NCBI GenBank assembly: GCA_973895155.1
Contig: OZ316891.1
Coordinates: 20,100,169 to 20,164,168, forward strand
From: Marsupella aquatica
Taxonomy: Eukaryota > Plantae > Marchantiophyta
Length of the DNA: 64,000 bases
Direction of reading: 5' to 3'
The notes beneath the pieces are model-generated. The model was not told where the DNA came from, searched no databases, and saw nothing but the letters and a program-made list of their open reading frames with translations. The first letter of the stretch is position 1, and the number at the start of each line of letters is the position of its first letter. This document shows, in pieces, positions 37,301-50,200 of this stretch. A program made the translations under genes and the position numbers.

Positions 37301-38850
37301 ATTGTCGAGTAAAGGTCCCTACTGCATCTGCTAACGCGGCATCGAGCTCGCATGAGGTAGATTTACTCGATGATGATGACATATTGTGATGTCAAGGTTA
37401 TGCTCTCAACGTAATGTCAAATCCAGGTAGTGATGACTGGATTCTAGATAGTGCATGTACTTTTCACATTTGCTCTAGGAGAGATTTTTTCAGTTCTTAC
37501 ACAGATTCCAACGATTCAGTGTTGATGGGAAATGGAATTCCATGTCAAGTGGGTGGACTTGGATCTGTTAGATTTCAGATTTTTGATGGTGCTGTAAGAA
37601 CGTTGAGGAATGTGAGATATATTCCCAGCATGATGAAAAATCTCAACTTGGAGTTTTAGAAGCAAATGGCCATCAGTGGAGTTTTGCTAATGGTGTCCTT
37701 CAGGTTTCAACTGGTACTAAAGTTGTATTGAAGGGAAAGAGACATAGCAATCTATACGTTTTGGAGGGCAGTGTAGTCTGTGATGAAGCCAATGTAACCT
37801 TATCTCATGAGGAGACGGCCCGACTGTGACACTTCCGTTTGGGTCACATGAGTGAAAAAGGTTTGGTTATTCTTCAAAAGAAAAGATTACTTTCTAATTT
37901 GGAATCTTGTAAGTTGGAATTTTGTGAGCACTCTGTGCTAGGGAAGCAGCACAGGAAACCCTTCGGAGTTGGAACTCACACCAGCAAGGAGGTACTTGAG
38001 TATATACATAGTGATGTGTGGGGTCCAGCCCATACTCCCTCACATTCTGGACGGTTATACTATGTCATGTTCATAGACGATTACTCAAGGTATGTGGGGA
38101 TATACTTTCTACACAATAAATCTGATGTTTTTGCCACTTTTAAGGAGTGGAAAGCCCAAGTAGAGAATCAAACTGGTAATAAGGTGAGATATCTTCGATT
38201 GGATAACGGCGGTGAATACAGTTACGGGGAATTTGGAACGTATTGTAAGGAGCAAGGGATTACCCGCCATCTCACAACAAGTTATACTCCTCAGCAGAAT
38301 GGTGTTTCTGAGAGACTCAACCGAACACTATTGGACCGCTCGAGGAGTATGTTGAGTCAATCATGCTTACCACATGAGTTTTGGGCTGAAGCTGTCAACA
38401 CTGCAGCTTATTTGGTAAATTTTTCTCCATCCAGTTCTATTGGATTCAAGACGCCATTTGAAATGAGGTACGGGCGTCCAGCAGATTACTCACATCTTAG
38501 GATTTTTGGATGTGATGCTTATGTGCTTACACCTTCCCAGCTAACCACAGTTAGTCTAACTCGGGTTAGGGCTTAGCTAATGTTAATGGTAGTGCTGTTG
38601 TGCATATAGCCAGGGCTGATGCCAGACCCTGGTGGAACTTAGGCTCATTGTTACGGAGCTAGTTGAGAGATAGGGAGAGCTTGTGCTGTGGATGCTTGGT
38701 ATGGCCGGTTGGCCTAGAGTGCAGTAAAGCTCTTGTGTGTTCCCGTGGACGTAGCCTCATGTGGAGGTGAACCACGTATCTCTCTGTGTCGACTATTATG
38801 CGTTGGATGGTTCATGGGCTTGCCGTTGCAAATGTCGTCTATGCTCAACA
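34354..38850 (+). mobile_element. Internally deleted Ty1/copia element lacking RT, RNase H and PPT
   Basis: 5' LTR 34354-34697; PBS TGGTATCAGAGC at 34700-34711; gag-PR-INT; INT joins directly to a 3' LTR (38539-38850) missing its first ~32 bp; TSD ATGGG/TTGGG (one mismatch). Confidence 0.92.
36480..38538 (+). pseudogene. Degraded copia gag-protease-integrase
   Basis: KYDGRTNYLLW gag, CWNCGKPGHMKRDC, WILDSACTFH, HSDVWGP...TPQQNGVSER; several stops and frameshifts. Confidence 0.9.
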
Positions 38851-39801
38851 TTGGGAAGGACATTGACATGCAGCAAGTAACCACCTGTAACCAAAGGAAC
38901 AACTAAATAGACTGAAGGAAACTACCTCATCAACCACAATGTCATCAACCATAATCATTTTTGTAGCCGGTCTTTAACCAGGTCTCAATTTCAATGGGAA
39001 TGCCTTGTTGGCCTCTAGCTGATGTGAACTCCTTTCTGAGAGCAATGTCCGATCAATACCACAGATAAAGTTGAAGAGGAGGGGGAATGACTCCACCTTC
39101 TGTAGATGAGGGAAAGAGCTGAAAAATTATGGGAATGAATAGCCGGTGCACCATTCATGTTTTCCTGCCCGCCATTGGGTGTGTTTCACCTAGATGTAGC
39201 TATCGTGGGCATCATGGATACCGTTGCATTGGTGTTGCCTTGGATTTTTGCATAGTGACCATGGGAAGAGGGCAGGGTTGTCTGAGAGTGGGAGGTTGTT
39301 TAGGCATCATTCTCAAAACCTCCTGTTCCCAGTATTGAGGTTTTACTGGAGCCAAATGCTATGGGCTGGGTACTTAGCTTGTAAAACATTTGCAGTTCCT
39401 GAAAACGAGCTACTGCCACTAACTCGGGTGGTCAGCACACCAGCATCTACACCCGCATCCACACCCAACATGATAAATGCGTTGGTATCCTTTAGAAAAT
39501 GACCTAAATCTAAAGACTTGATGATATTGAGTAAACCTGCATGTGAGTGTTGTGACCCATCTCAAACCAAAAACCCTTGGGTTAAGTCTGCCCAAAAGTT
39601 GGCTTTCAGTCAAGGTCATGGACCCGGTCGTGGACAGAAATTTCCAACAACAGTTGACTGAGAAAAACAAGAAACAAAAGGTTTGAGATGCTGGCTATTA
39701 GAGCATTCCCACCCGTCTCAGTATACAACTGGGCCAAGGTGGATCATTTCATAGATCCTTACCATGGAAGTAAAAATGGAATTTCCATGGAACACGCCCA
39801 T

Positions 39802-41020
39802 GAAATATTTGGGCTTGTGCTTTTTGAGGTCTCCACCTTCTTTAGTTACCTTGCAGGTGCACAAGTAATAATTATTTTAAAACTCAGAATCATCCAGTTA
39901 TGGGCAGAAAACTCCCATCTACCACTAAAATGTGGTCCAAGGGGACAATGTCTCCAACATGGTGGTCCATCCCATGGAACACGCCGAAAGGGAGCTTCCG
40001 GGCTGCCAGATTTTGAGCTAGGCCTGCCAAACTTGCACCTGGTGGGGGGTCTCACATAATGCATAAAGTTTTGAGTGAATAAAACCCTAGAACATAAATA
40101 AATGAAGTTTTTTATTGTATTTTTTAATCAAAATTTCTGGAATATTCTTGGAATATACACAAATTTGGTCCTAGAATACCCAATAATTCTTCTTATTCTC
40201 AAAATTAGATTAAAGCACCCCTATTCAATTAGTCTACATCATTACATGTCTTTCACTAAACCCAATAAAACAAACCTTTACTTATTCGTGCGTGACGGGT
40301 TTAGAGAAAACAAGTGAGGACCCCATGACTTGTACCCAACTAATGGGTGGGAAGAGGGGCAACTACACCCCACCTCTGGCGATCAACGGCTGACAGCCAT
40401 TCCCAGTATTTGAAACGACAACTCCCGTACATTCTTGGACTTCATCCAGTGCTGCATTGTGATGCCATTGCTTGTGTCGTGTGGGGAACCTTGCCAAGAC
40501 CGGATATGCTAATTTTTGGCCTACCAAAACAGCCTCCAGTTGTCGTGTATGCCCATGGGAATGCTCTTTGAGGCTCGCGGGGCCGAGGGGGGGGGGGGGG
40601 CAGGGTGGATGGTGGCATTGTTGAACACTGCCCTTAAGGACTCATTTCATTGGCCCCTCAGATGTGCCTATGCTTCTGAGGGCTCCTTGAATAAGAGTGA
40701 ATATATGTGGGGCTGGCCATCCACTTGACAAACATCCAGATGCCAAATAGACGTGTCTAACACAACACATACCAAAGAAATGAATTGACTTACAGGTCTA
40801 ATTCAATATAAAGAATATATGAACTTTGATACAAGAAACTGAAACCAGAATGAACCACCATGTTGGAGACACTCTCCCCTTGGACCACATTTTGGTGGTC
40901 CATGTGAGTTTTTTGGCCATAACTTGATGATTGTGAGTTTAAAATAATTCTTACTCATGCACCTGTAAGGTAACTAAAGAAGGTGGAGACCTAAAGAAGC
41001 ACAAGCCCAAAATATTTCAT
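39802..41020. repeat. Long imperfect inverted repeat (~170-bp arms at 39802-39973 and 40848-41020)
   Basis: GAAATATTTGGGCTTGTGC...TGTCTCCAACATGGTGG is mirrored by CCACCATGTTGGAGACA...GCACAAGCCCAAAATATTTC. Confidence 0.8.
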
Positions 41021-41636
41021 ATTATCACAATGAAAGTTTTGTTTTGAAAGGGGGGCAGGGCGGTTAATAGCACGTGAGGGGACTAAAGCCACCCCATCAC
41101 AATGAAAGTCTATCTACTCTCTGCATTTCATGATGAAATACTCATCCAAACTGGCCATAAGATCTTTTAAGTACATCATTGTCTCTAAAGATGTTTGGAT
41201 TTACAATATTGCCACTATTTCATTTGCATTACATTGCATCCACATTGTTTTTGTATCTACATTTTTGTATCCACATTGTTTTGTACGTGGATGACAATAA
41301 TAAGTCTCAAGTTACATTTTTGTATCCATATTGCATAAGTCTCAAGTTATTATAATAATCACTCTCTAGTTTTGTGAAACATGGTCCATGTGTATTTCAA
41401 AGACCAACCTTGTGGTACATGGGGGGCTTCAAATTCTAGATACAATTGAGAATTGCTTTGAAATACAATTATTTGTGGAAGTTGAGCTGTTTCTGTATAA
41501 ATTTAATTAACTGCGCAGTTTCATGGCGGGGTGTACCACGCACGGTAGAGCCCTTAGACGGTGGCTTCCTCATCACGCGTTACCCAGGCGAGGGCGGGAT
41601 GCCGGGATCTGCCTATCGGACGGCCGCCCGTAAACC

Positions 41637-41717
41637 AACGGGCACTCTCGCCGGTAAAGGGGTCCCCCACCGGTCACCTGTAAACGGGGCCCGTGGTTTC
41701 AGGGCTTTGTAGCCGTT
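41637..41717 (+). promoter_or_regulatory. Cluster of three MSA-like (AACGG) motifs in the DRP5A proximal promoter
   Basis: AACGG at 41637-41641 and 41683-41687, and CCGTT at 41713-41717 (TAACGGCT on -), in a CpG-rich stretch before a (CTT)n tract. Confidence 0.55.
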
Positions 41718-42504
41718 AACAAAATTGTCGAAGTTCTCAGGATTCGAACTTCACGTCGGCCGACGATCCTCTCGTTCTGTTCGGTCAGTCATCGACCTCG
41801 ACTCACGTTCTCCTTCTTCTTCTTCTTCTTCTTCCCTTTGGTCTCAATCAACATGGAGATTGGAGAGTCTCGCTTCCGAGGTACCAAAATCCCTCTAGTT
41901 TGTCGAATCACATTTGTCAAAATCTAATTCTTCTCAAAATTTGTCTGGTTTTGTTGAGTCAGATTTGTCGAATTTCTTGTGACCTATGGTGGCAGTCTCT
42001 GCGCGGCTTGAAGGACTCCGGGAGGGAATTACGATGACGATGCTGTCATTGCGTACGTGGGCCTCACTGGAATGCAGAGGTATGATCTTTTATGTTCTTC
42101 CTTGAGCTACCAACATAGAGAGTCTTGCGTCCGAAATGAATAATTGTACCAGGCTACTTCACTGGTTTGTCGATTCACATATGTTGAAATTCTTTATAAA
42201 AATGCCCATGTTGTCCTCATTTATTTGCCCTGAGCATTCAAATGCAGAGGTTGCACTGGAGTTTTGGGAGTGATGAGTTCGGAAACCTAAACGGGTTTGA
42301 TCGATCTGTTTTTGTTGATGCATTTTATTTTCGCCGTGCGTGCTGTTTCCAGGGTGATGGCGTTGGCGGGGTGCAGTTTCCTGCCAGGGCATTGTTGTCA
42401 TTGTGGGATAAGCTAGTTTTTAGGAGAACTGATTCGGCAGTAAGCTCCAAGGGCGGGCTACGGTAGAGAAAGAGACAGAGAGTATTATCGTGCAGGTTGC
42501 AACC

Positions 42505-45500
42505 ATGGAGGCAATGCAAGCGTATATACAACTGGACGGACGGAATAACAGGAACAACGCATCATCACCAGCTCGTCATGGCACCCCTCCAAGAAATCAA
42601 CATCATGGAGGAGTGGAATCGGAATTGTACAACAATTCTGCCTCACGTGCACGTTACGAGGCGTATAGCAAATTGCAAGCTAGCGCCGTCGCGTTTGGCG
42701 AGAGCGTTCCAATTCCTGAAATTGTTGCCGTTGGTGGACAGTCGGATGGCAAGAGCTCACTGTTGGAGGCTCTGCTTGGTTTCCGGTTCAATATTAGAGA
42801 AGTTGAGATGGGGACACGAAGGCCGCTTATGCTGCAAATGATCCACGACGCTAGTGCCCCTGAACCTCGATGTCGCTTGCAAGTATGTAGATCCTCCTCC
42901 TTCTGTGCCAGAGATTCTTTGAAGTTGACCTTGGGAATTACGTGATCGATATTGTACCTGGTTGATTTGGATGCATCCATCTCGATTCTAATATCGACTT
43001 GAGCAGAAAACTGTGTGATCTTATGCTATCCCAATAACGATGCCAACTAGTACGATTTCCCTTGGACTGTTTTGTGGTAGGAAGAAGATTCGGATGACTA
43101 TGGACCTGCGATTTCTTCTCCCGCAGCTGTGGCAGAGGCGATCAGGGCAAGAACTGAAACATTCATAAAGAAAACGGGAACGACAGTAGCTTCGAAGCCG
43201 ATTGTCATGCGTGCAGAGTATGCCTTCTGCCCCAATCTGACTATCATTGATACGCCTGGCTTCATATTAAAGGTACTCCTCGAAGTTTAGTCTGTCTGAA
43301 TTGTGTATACCGCGTCCAATGTGCTCCCCTTGTCTGATTACTCTCGGCATTGGTCGTTCCAGTCTCTCTTCTACCATCTTTTGATAGAGTACCGATTGCG
43401 TTCCCATGGATGAAAGCGGAGTGCGTTAACGCACTAGCTAACGTTGTCTTGGTGGTCTTTAAAGGCAAAGAAGGGCGAATTAGAGAGTACACCAGAAGAC
43501 ATCCTAGCCATGGTGAGGGAGCTGGCTGCCCCTCAGCACCGCATTTTGCTGTTCCTTCAACAGAGCAGTGTGGAATGGTGCTCTTCACTCTGGCTCGACT
43601 CGATCCGTGCAATTGATCCCACTCTTAGTCGAACAATCGTCGTGGTCTCTAAGTTCGACAATCGCCTTCAGGTGAGAGAATTTGAGTGCTTGCTGGATTA
43701 TCACCAGAACTCGCATCCGTCCACTGATTTCAAAGATTTAGTCGAGTTGGTTAGAGTCTGTTTCATCAACATGAGATAAAGGCAAAAACTAGTAAGCCTG
43801 GAACGGGAAGTCCCACTGAATTGTAAGCGAATGTATACATGCACTTCGAAAAGTCTGTGCCGCCATTCAGCTCAAGTCCCAATTTGTGTCGGAGGTTCTG
43901 TAATGTGAGAGCTTTCTTTATGGCCCAAAGTGACGCGTACTCGCAACATTTTTTCTTTCTCAGGAATTTGCAGAGAAGTGGGAGGTGGACCGTTACTTGA
44001 GTACTGGCGGGTACTTGGGAGATAATGCCCGTCCTTTCTTCGTCGCCCTTCCCAAGGAAAGGAACAACACGACATCAAACGAAGAGTTTCGTCGGCAGAT
44101 ACAGAAAGTTGATAGCGAGATCGTCCGTCATCTGCGTGATAACATAGTCGGGGGATTTGACGAGGAGCAGTTCGGGAACCATATTGGCTTTGCAAATTTG
44201 CGCAAATATCTTGAACTGGAGCTGCAGCGAAGGTGAGGTGTTGCGGACCTCACCGTTTATATTGGAAATCTGGACAAGTATTGATGACTGTGTCTGCTCA
44301 GAATTCAGGAGTTCTTGTTGCAGTGGCCTTTCATGTTACTTACGGCCGAGAAATTTTAGGTCCTCTCCGCTCTCCGTGTTCGGTATTGAGAACCCGCCAA
44401 CATGCTAATATGTCGGCTTGGTTGTGGAAAGCAGGTACAGGCAATCTGCCCCCGCGACGTTGGCTATCCTAGAGCAACGTTGTGAAGAAGTTGCCCATGA
44501 ACTGTTCTCAATTGATACCCAGCTGAAAACTGCTGGAGACGTCGCTTGTCTTCGCCGCGCAGGCATGCTGCATGCAGGAGCTGTGGCTACCCATGTGGTG
44601 AGCTGCCATATCTCTTTGCTCGAATTCAGACATTGATTTATACTTTCGGAATATGATTGGTGGTGCGATAAAGAAGAGATCTTATTCTACAGTGTAGTAG
44701 ACTTATGAAAATGGCTGAACGATGGATAGCCGCTGTCAGAGATTCTGTGTGGGCAGAATCGCCCTTATATGACTATGTACTATCGCAGATGTGATTAACG
44801 ATTGGCATGACATGAGTTGGTCTTTTCCAGGTTGCATTGCTGGATGGAGTCGCAGAACCACATCCCGCCGACTTTGGACGAACTACTGATGAGGAGAGGG
44901 CTGAAAGTAGGTTATCGAAATGGCCTGGAGTAAATGGTGAAGTAAGACCTTCCAATGCAGGACTAAGGATGTATGGAGGGGCCGCATTTGAGCGTGTTAT
45001 TTATGAGTTTCGCTGCGCTGCATGCTCCCTGGACTGTCCACCGATTTCAAGGGTAGAGGTAAGAGTTCATTTTTTACAACACGACATGGAAGGGTGCTAC
45101 TTCTAGTAGGGGTGGAAGATGATGTGTAACTCTCGAAGCGAAATTCTTGCCAACCGTTAACTAGAATCCTATGACGCAACCGCAAGGGCTGCAACGCTGA
45201 TTGACAGAGCTGGCTGATAACTGGATGGGGATCATTACATAATCCTGAACAACTGATTTGGGAATGTATCGAATGCAAATGCTGAGTTTTGATAGTAGAA
45301 CATTGTAAATATAATATTCCAATAAGTACGTGACACCCACTCACATGAAGAACTATGAGTCACGGATTGCTGCTGTCTGTTCACCACACACAACATTTAT
45401 CGAGAACCCCCGCTTTTTCTTCTTTTTCGTGTTTGTCTGTTCTTCGGTACACGAAACTGGAAAAATAGATTGTAATATTTGTTCAGAGGCCCCATACGCC

Positions 45501-47229
45501 ACACGACGATTTGGTTTTTCATTCATAACCATCCTCTTTCAGTTCTGTAGGAGTTGAACCACTCTCCAAAACTAGAGGATTGTGTACTATGTTCGGTTGT
45601 GCTTAGTTATATGGTTGAATTTTTGGACGAAGTATCTCTGAAATGAGTAGGGACGTAAAAGAACAACTCGTACTACGATATTGCTGCCGTAACTTGTTAT
45701 CCTGGAAATACTGAAGCCGGCTTCTGGTTTGATTTGTCTGTATTGCGATCGATTAGGTTGCGAATATACTGCTCGCACAGGCAGGTCGAGCAGGTGCTGC
45801 AGCAGCAGCTCTAACCATTGCCCGAGCAGCAGCCAGATCCTGGCTCGGTCCACTGTTGGACACCGCGTGCGATCGGCTGGCTCACATCCTAAGCAATTTG
45901 TTCGATCTCGCTCTGGAGCGGATTCGCATTCACGAATCCCATAACGGTACCAGGCCGAATCCGCTGTAGCTGATGTTCTCCACTAGCTGTTGTTCTTGCC
46001 ACACATTTATTAGTCATGGATGGAGGTAGCAAAAGGCACTGACAAACAATTCTTCACTTCGGCAGGTTCCAATCACGGTGTGACAGTCACAACGAATATC
46101 ACTGCGTACATCGCATTTCATGCGGCACTGCGTCGAGCGCATCAGCGGTTCATAAGGGACTTGAACAAGCGCTGCAAGGACTCCGTGCGGGACCACTTGA
46201 TTGCCGTCACTAGTCCCTACACCCACCAAATAAAATGTAGCTGGGAAAGTAGCGACCCAGCGATGTTCGGTTCGGCCTGTCTTGGGAGCGGATATCCTCA
46301 AGTTTCGTCGGCGCCTTTTTGTCTGGAAGCACAGGATGGCAGAGATTCAATGCAGCTGTATGCAGATGCTGCGAACGATATCGAGGAGGAAGAAAATTTT
46401 CCTCCCCAAGGATCTCAGATAGATCGCTTGAATGTCGAAACCTTGAGTCCCGGGAAGGGTGAGCGATGCCCACTGAAGGAGAGCCAACAAACCGTCCCAG
46501 AAACCCCCTCACCGGAACCGACGCAGGGGCCTTCAAAGCGAAAGGACTACGCCATAAGCAATGGTCGTCTGAATCTGAGCAAGAAGAAAGGAGCTGCAGG
46601 CCTGCGGTTGCACAACATGAACGGTGGTAACAAACCAGATCTGTACCAGGAGGTCTGCTCGCTGGCTAGTGAACATTTTGGCAAGATCCGTGAGATGCTA
46701 GTGAAGCGCACTGTTCCTTTGACACTGAACTCGGGCTTCCTAAACCCTTGGTGGGTAGTCTTGTCCACACACCAGTTATTTTTCTTTCTCTTCATTTCTG
46801 TGGTAGTAAGATCCACCAAAACGCGGTTTGTAATCTGCCTACATTATTACATGACACTAATCCGCGCTAAGAATTCAGAATTCCCGCTGTTCTCGTATGA
46901 GTCACATTCAGTTGTCCCTACTTATTATGTTTTGGAGGTCTTGGATGTTCGCAAAGGTCAGGTTGTTTTCGGTGGCACCCGCTGCATTCTTCTCAATGGC
47001 ATGCCATTTACTAATGCTTGGAAGTCCGTTGTCCTTAACCAGCCGCGATCGGCTCTCGGGGCAGATAGGCGTCGAACTCTTTGCCGTCACGGACGACCGA
47101 TTCATGGAAATGTTCATCGCCCCAGGTGCCGTGGAACAGCTTGAATTGCAGCGCGAAGCACTGTCTAAGCGCTGCAGCACATTGAGCAATTGCCTGGATG
47201 AATTCCGAGCCCTGGCCCGTTCTATTTGA
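42505..47229 (+). CDS. DRP5A: Dynamin-related protein 5A (cytokinesis-type), 9 coding exons, ~832 aa
   Basis: Exons 42505-42882, 43081-43272, 43465-43671, 43964-44232, 44435-44597, 44831-45058, 45757-45946, 46066-46750, 47043-47229; total 2499 nt, in frame. GGQSDGKS P-loop, REVEMGTRRP, IIDTPG, SKFD, LFLQQSSVEWCSSLW, TVPETPSP. Confidence 0.93.
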
Positions 47230-50200
47230 TTAACAAATTCAACGACAGGTACGTCGTCTTGAATATCGGGCCCCAGCTCGCTTAATTTCAATTCTGCACA
47301 AGACAAAGCTGAGAAGTTGCCATCAACTGTCTAGTGCTCAACAGAGTCAATCTTAAACAACGTTAATACCGTTTAAGTACTTGGTGATGCATCCTTCTAG
47401 CTCACGAATTAAGATGCTTTAGACAAAATCGTGTCCCACATAGAATTAAAGCAGGCGGTCGAAGATAATCTTAAACATCGGATTCAAACTCAATTCCACT
47501 ATAGTAGACGACGTTACTACCACGAAACAGCAACTTTACAGCACGCTGCCGCACATTCACAATTTGTAAGGTACATTACCACCAACAGAGGAGCAAATCG
47601 TCATTCCAGTTGGCATGAACAAAGGATTCGTTCTACAAGCTGTGGTTATCGCGCAGAAGACGCGGAAAATGCGGATGTTTACCAACTGATGCAATGTTCA
47701 ATGTAAATGCAGGTTACATATTATTTTGAAGAAATCAATACGCACACGCTTCAGCAGTGGTAGACTACATCTGCTTGTAAATAGTTGGACAGATGGAGGT
47801 TTTGCACCTGCTACATCCTCCCATCAATTAGAAATATGTGGAGTGACACTAGAAAGCGTTCGGATTACTTGTGGGGCCGCAGGACCTCAAACATCAAGGG
47901 GCAATGGACCGAAAAGCAAATGTAGGCAAGAGAGCTTGCCAATGCAGAGAGAGAGAGAAAATTACAGGAAAAGAGGATTGATACATAGCACTGCTTCATG
48001 AGTGGCCAACCAAATTGGCTATCTTTCTAGTGTACTCTCTCTCTCTCTCTCCGTTTTAGGGACGCATGCTAACTCATCTCAATTGCCAAGATCTCAATTG
48101 CCAAGTATGCTTTACAATCGAACTCATAGTATCTTCTCCTATTTGCTATTGAGTTGTTATGGTTTGGCACCAGCGAGATGTAATCTTCTCTGACCTGACT
48201 CTCTGCGGATGGACATTCGTTCATGAGTACAATAAACATAGCAAGACAGTGTTCTCTCTCTAACTGCACACTCCATAGTGCAAAACCTGGATAACTGATA
48301 AGTGCATGGGGCACGGGACCAATTTCGAGTGGGATTCACTAGACTGTTCACTGATGGAGTATAATTGCACATCTGACAAAGAGGTATAAAATCATTCACT
48401 CTAAATGATAAGTGCACAACTCAATGGGTTTGCACTTATCACAGAGTGCAAAACCATGTTCAGTGCACAATGGATGCTTCTTCTCGGGACTTAGAGTATT
48501 TTGAATGTATTTGACTCCCTTCATAAATGTTTAATTTTTCATTTTGAATCAAACAGCTAGTTCTCTTGTTTAGGGTTTATAATGTGCTTTATTTTGCATG
48601 CGTATTTATGTTTTCGTATATCATATAAATCACTTGTAATTTATAGATATTAATTTCTTGGTATATATTTACATGTATTTATTTCTTTTATCATAAAATG
48701 AATTATATATCACTACAAGATCTCAAACATGCTATATGGTAAATTCAATTTTTTTTTTGTTTCATTTATATTTTGTGTAGAGTATGATAATTTTGATATC
48801 CCTTAACAAGATAGATTATTTGTATTAATTATATTTTAAACTAGCTTTTGGAACCCTTTAATTTTATTTTATTTAAAATATTTTGAATTTATTTTGGTTC
48901 CCCTCATAAATGTTTAATCATCCCCTTTTCAATTACTCCTTAGAATTCTATCTTTTCTCATGAGACTGAAGAATGATCTTGAACAATGTGCACATTTCAT
49001 ATACTAAGTTCCCTTCATGGTTTCTTTTATAAAATTTATGGTTTTAATTGAGTTGACACTCTAAGCAAGTGCACAACTTTTCAGTATCTTTGTAATTTCT
49101 TGGTCATTATATATATTTTTTGTATGTGTACTTATGATTTTGTGCATTATCTGACTCTTAATCAATATATATCACTCACTCTTACTTACTCTTAATCAAC
49201 AGATTTTATTTTTCTTGGTAAGTAGTTTACATCTAAATTCTTTTTTTATCATAAATAAATTAGATGAATTACATATCACTAGACAAAAAAAAGATATGTT
49301 TTGGGGCTAACATGTTATATCCAAATTGATAAAATAATGTTTAAATATGCTCATAAATAGATGGTGAGTATCTATATGCCCATTTACTGTTCCCTCCCCA
49401 ACAGTAGTGGTGGGAGTCACAGTCTCCGGCTTCACTCTTTCTAGTGTGCTGCATTAGATAGAATTTTTCCTTATAATCATAGCTTGTAGTAATAGCCACT
49501 TGCTGGACTTTTATGTGTTGTAATTGTAACGCAGGAGATTCTATTAACAAAATGAGTTTGACTCCAAAGTTAGATTTGCAAGAGCACCTATAAATAAAGT
49601 TTATCTTCAATTTGCCTGCCTTGATTCTATTTGGGACACCTAAAGTTGTCATTGTGCACCTTTCTTGTGTGTGTGAGCCAATCACACTCCCCATAGCTCA
49701 TGCACACCTTGAAATCTAGTTACCAGGTTGACTCCCTTAGTCCTTGGAGTGTTAGACTGCCTGGCCTGGCCATGTCACTTATGTCTGTCAATTATTTGCC
49801 CACTATCACTTAGTATTGACAGTACTATCCAACACACAAGCATTGGGCCAGCTTTGTTTACACTGTATTGTATTTCTTTGAGAGTGACTTTACTTCGGTA
49901 CTATTGGTCTGATGGCCTGTACTAGGCTTTTCCATTTGCTGCCCAGCAGAATTTCAATTTGTTGCTCAGTAGGGTTTTAGCTCTTTTGCTTTGGAGGTGA
50001 TGTATGATGTGCAAACAGGAATTTTTGCTAGCTGGATCAGTATTTAGCGAGTCACAAGTCATCCTTAGTATTTTCTTGTTTTGGCTTGATTTTTGTCTTT
50101 CTAGTTCATTTCTAGTTTGCTGGCCAAAAGAGGAGTCCCAAAGTTTGGTTTATTTAACCAGGTTTAGGCTAGCTAGGGACTAAGTTTGCCAAAGTGGGGT

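Noticed and set aside
46020-47144. 374-aa standalone ORF
   Set aside because: DRP5A exon 8 reading through into flanking introns.
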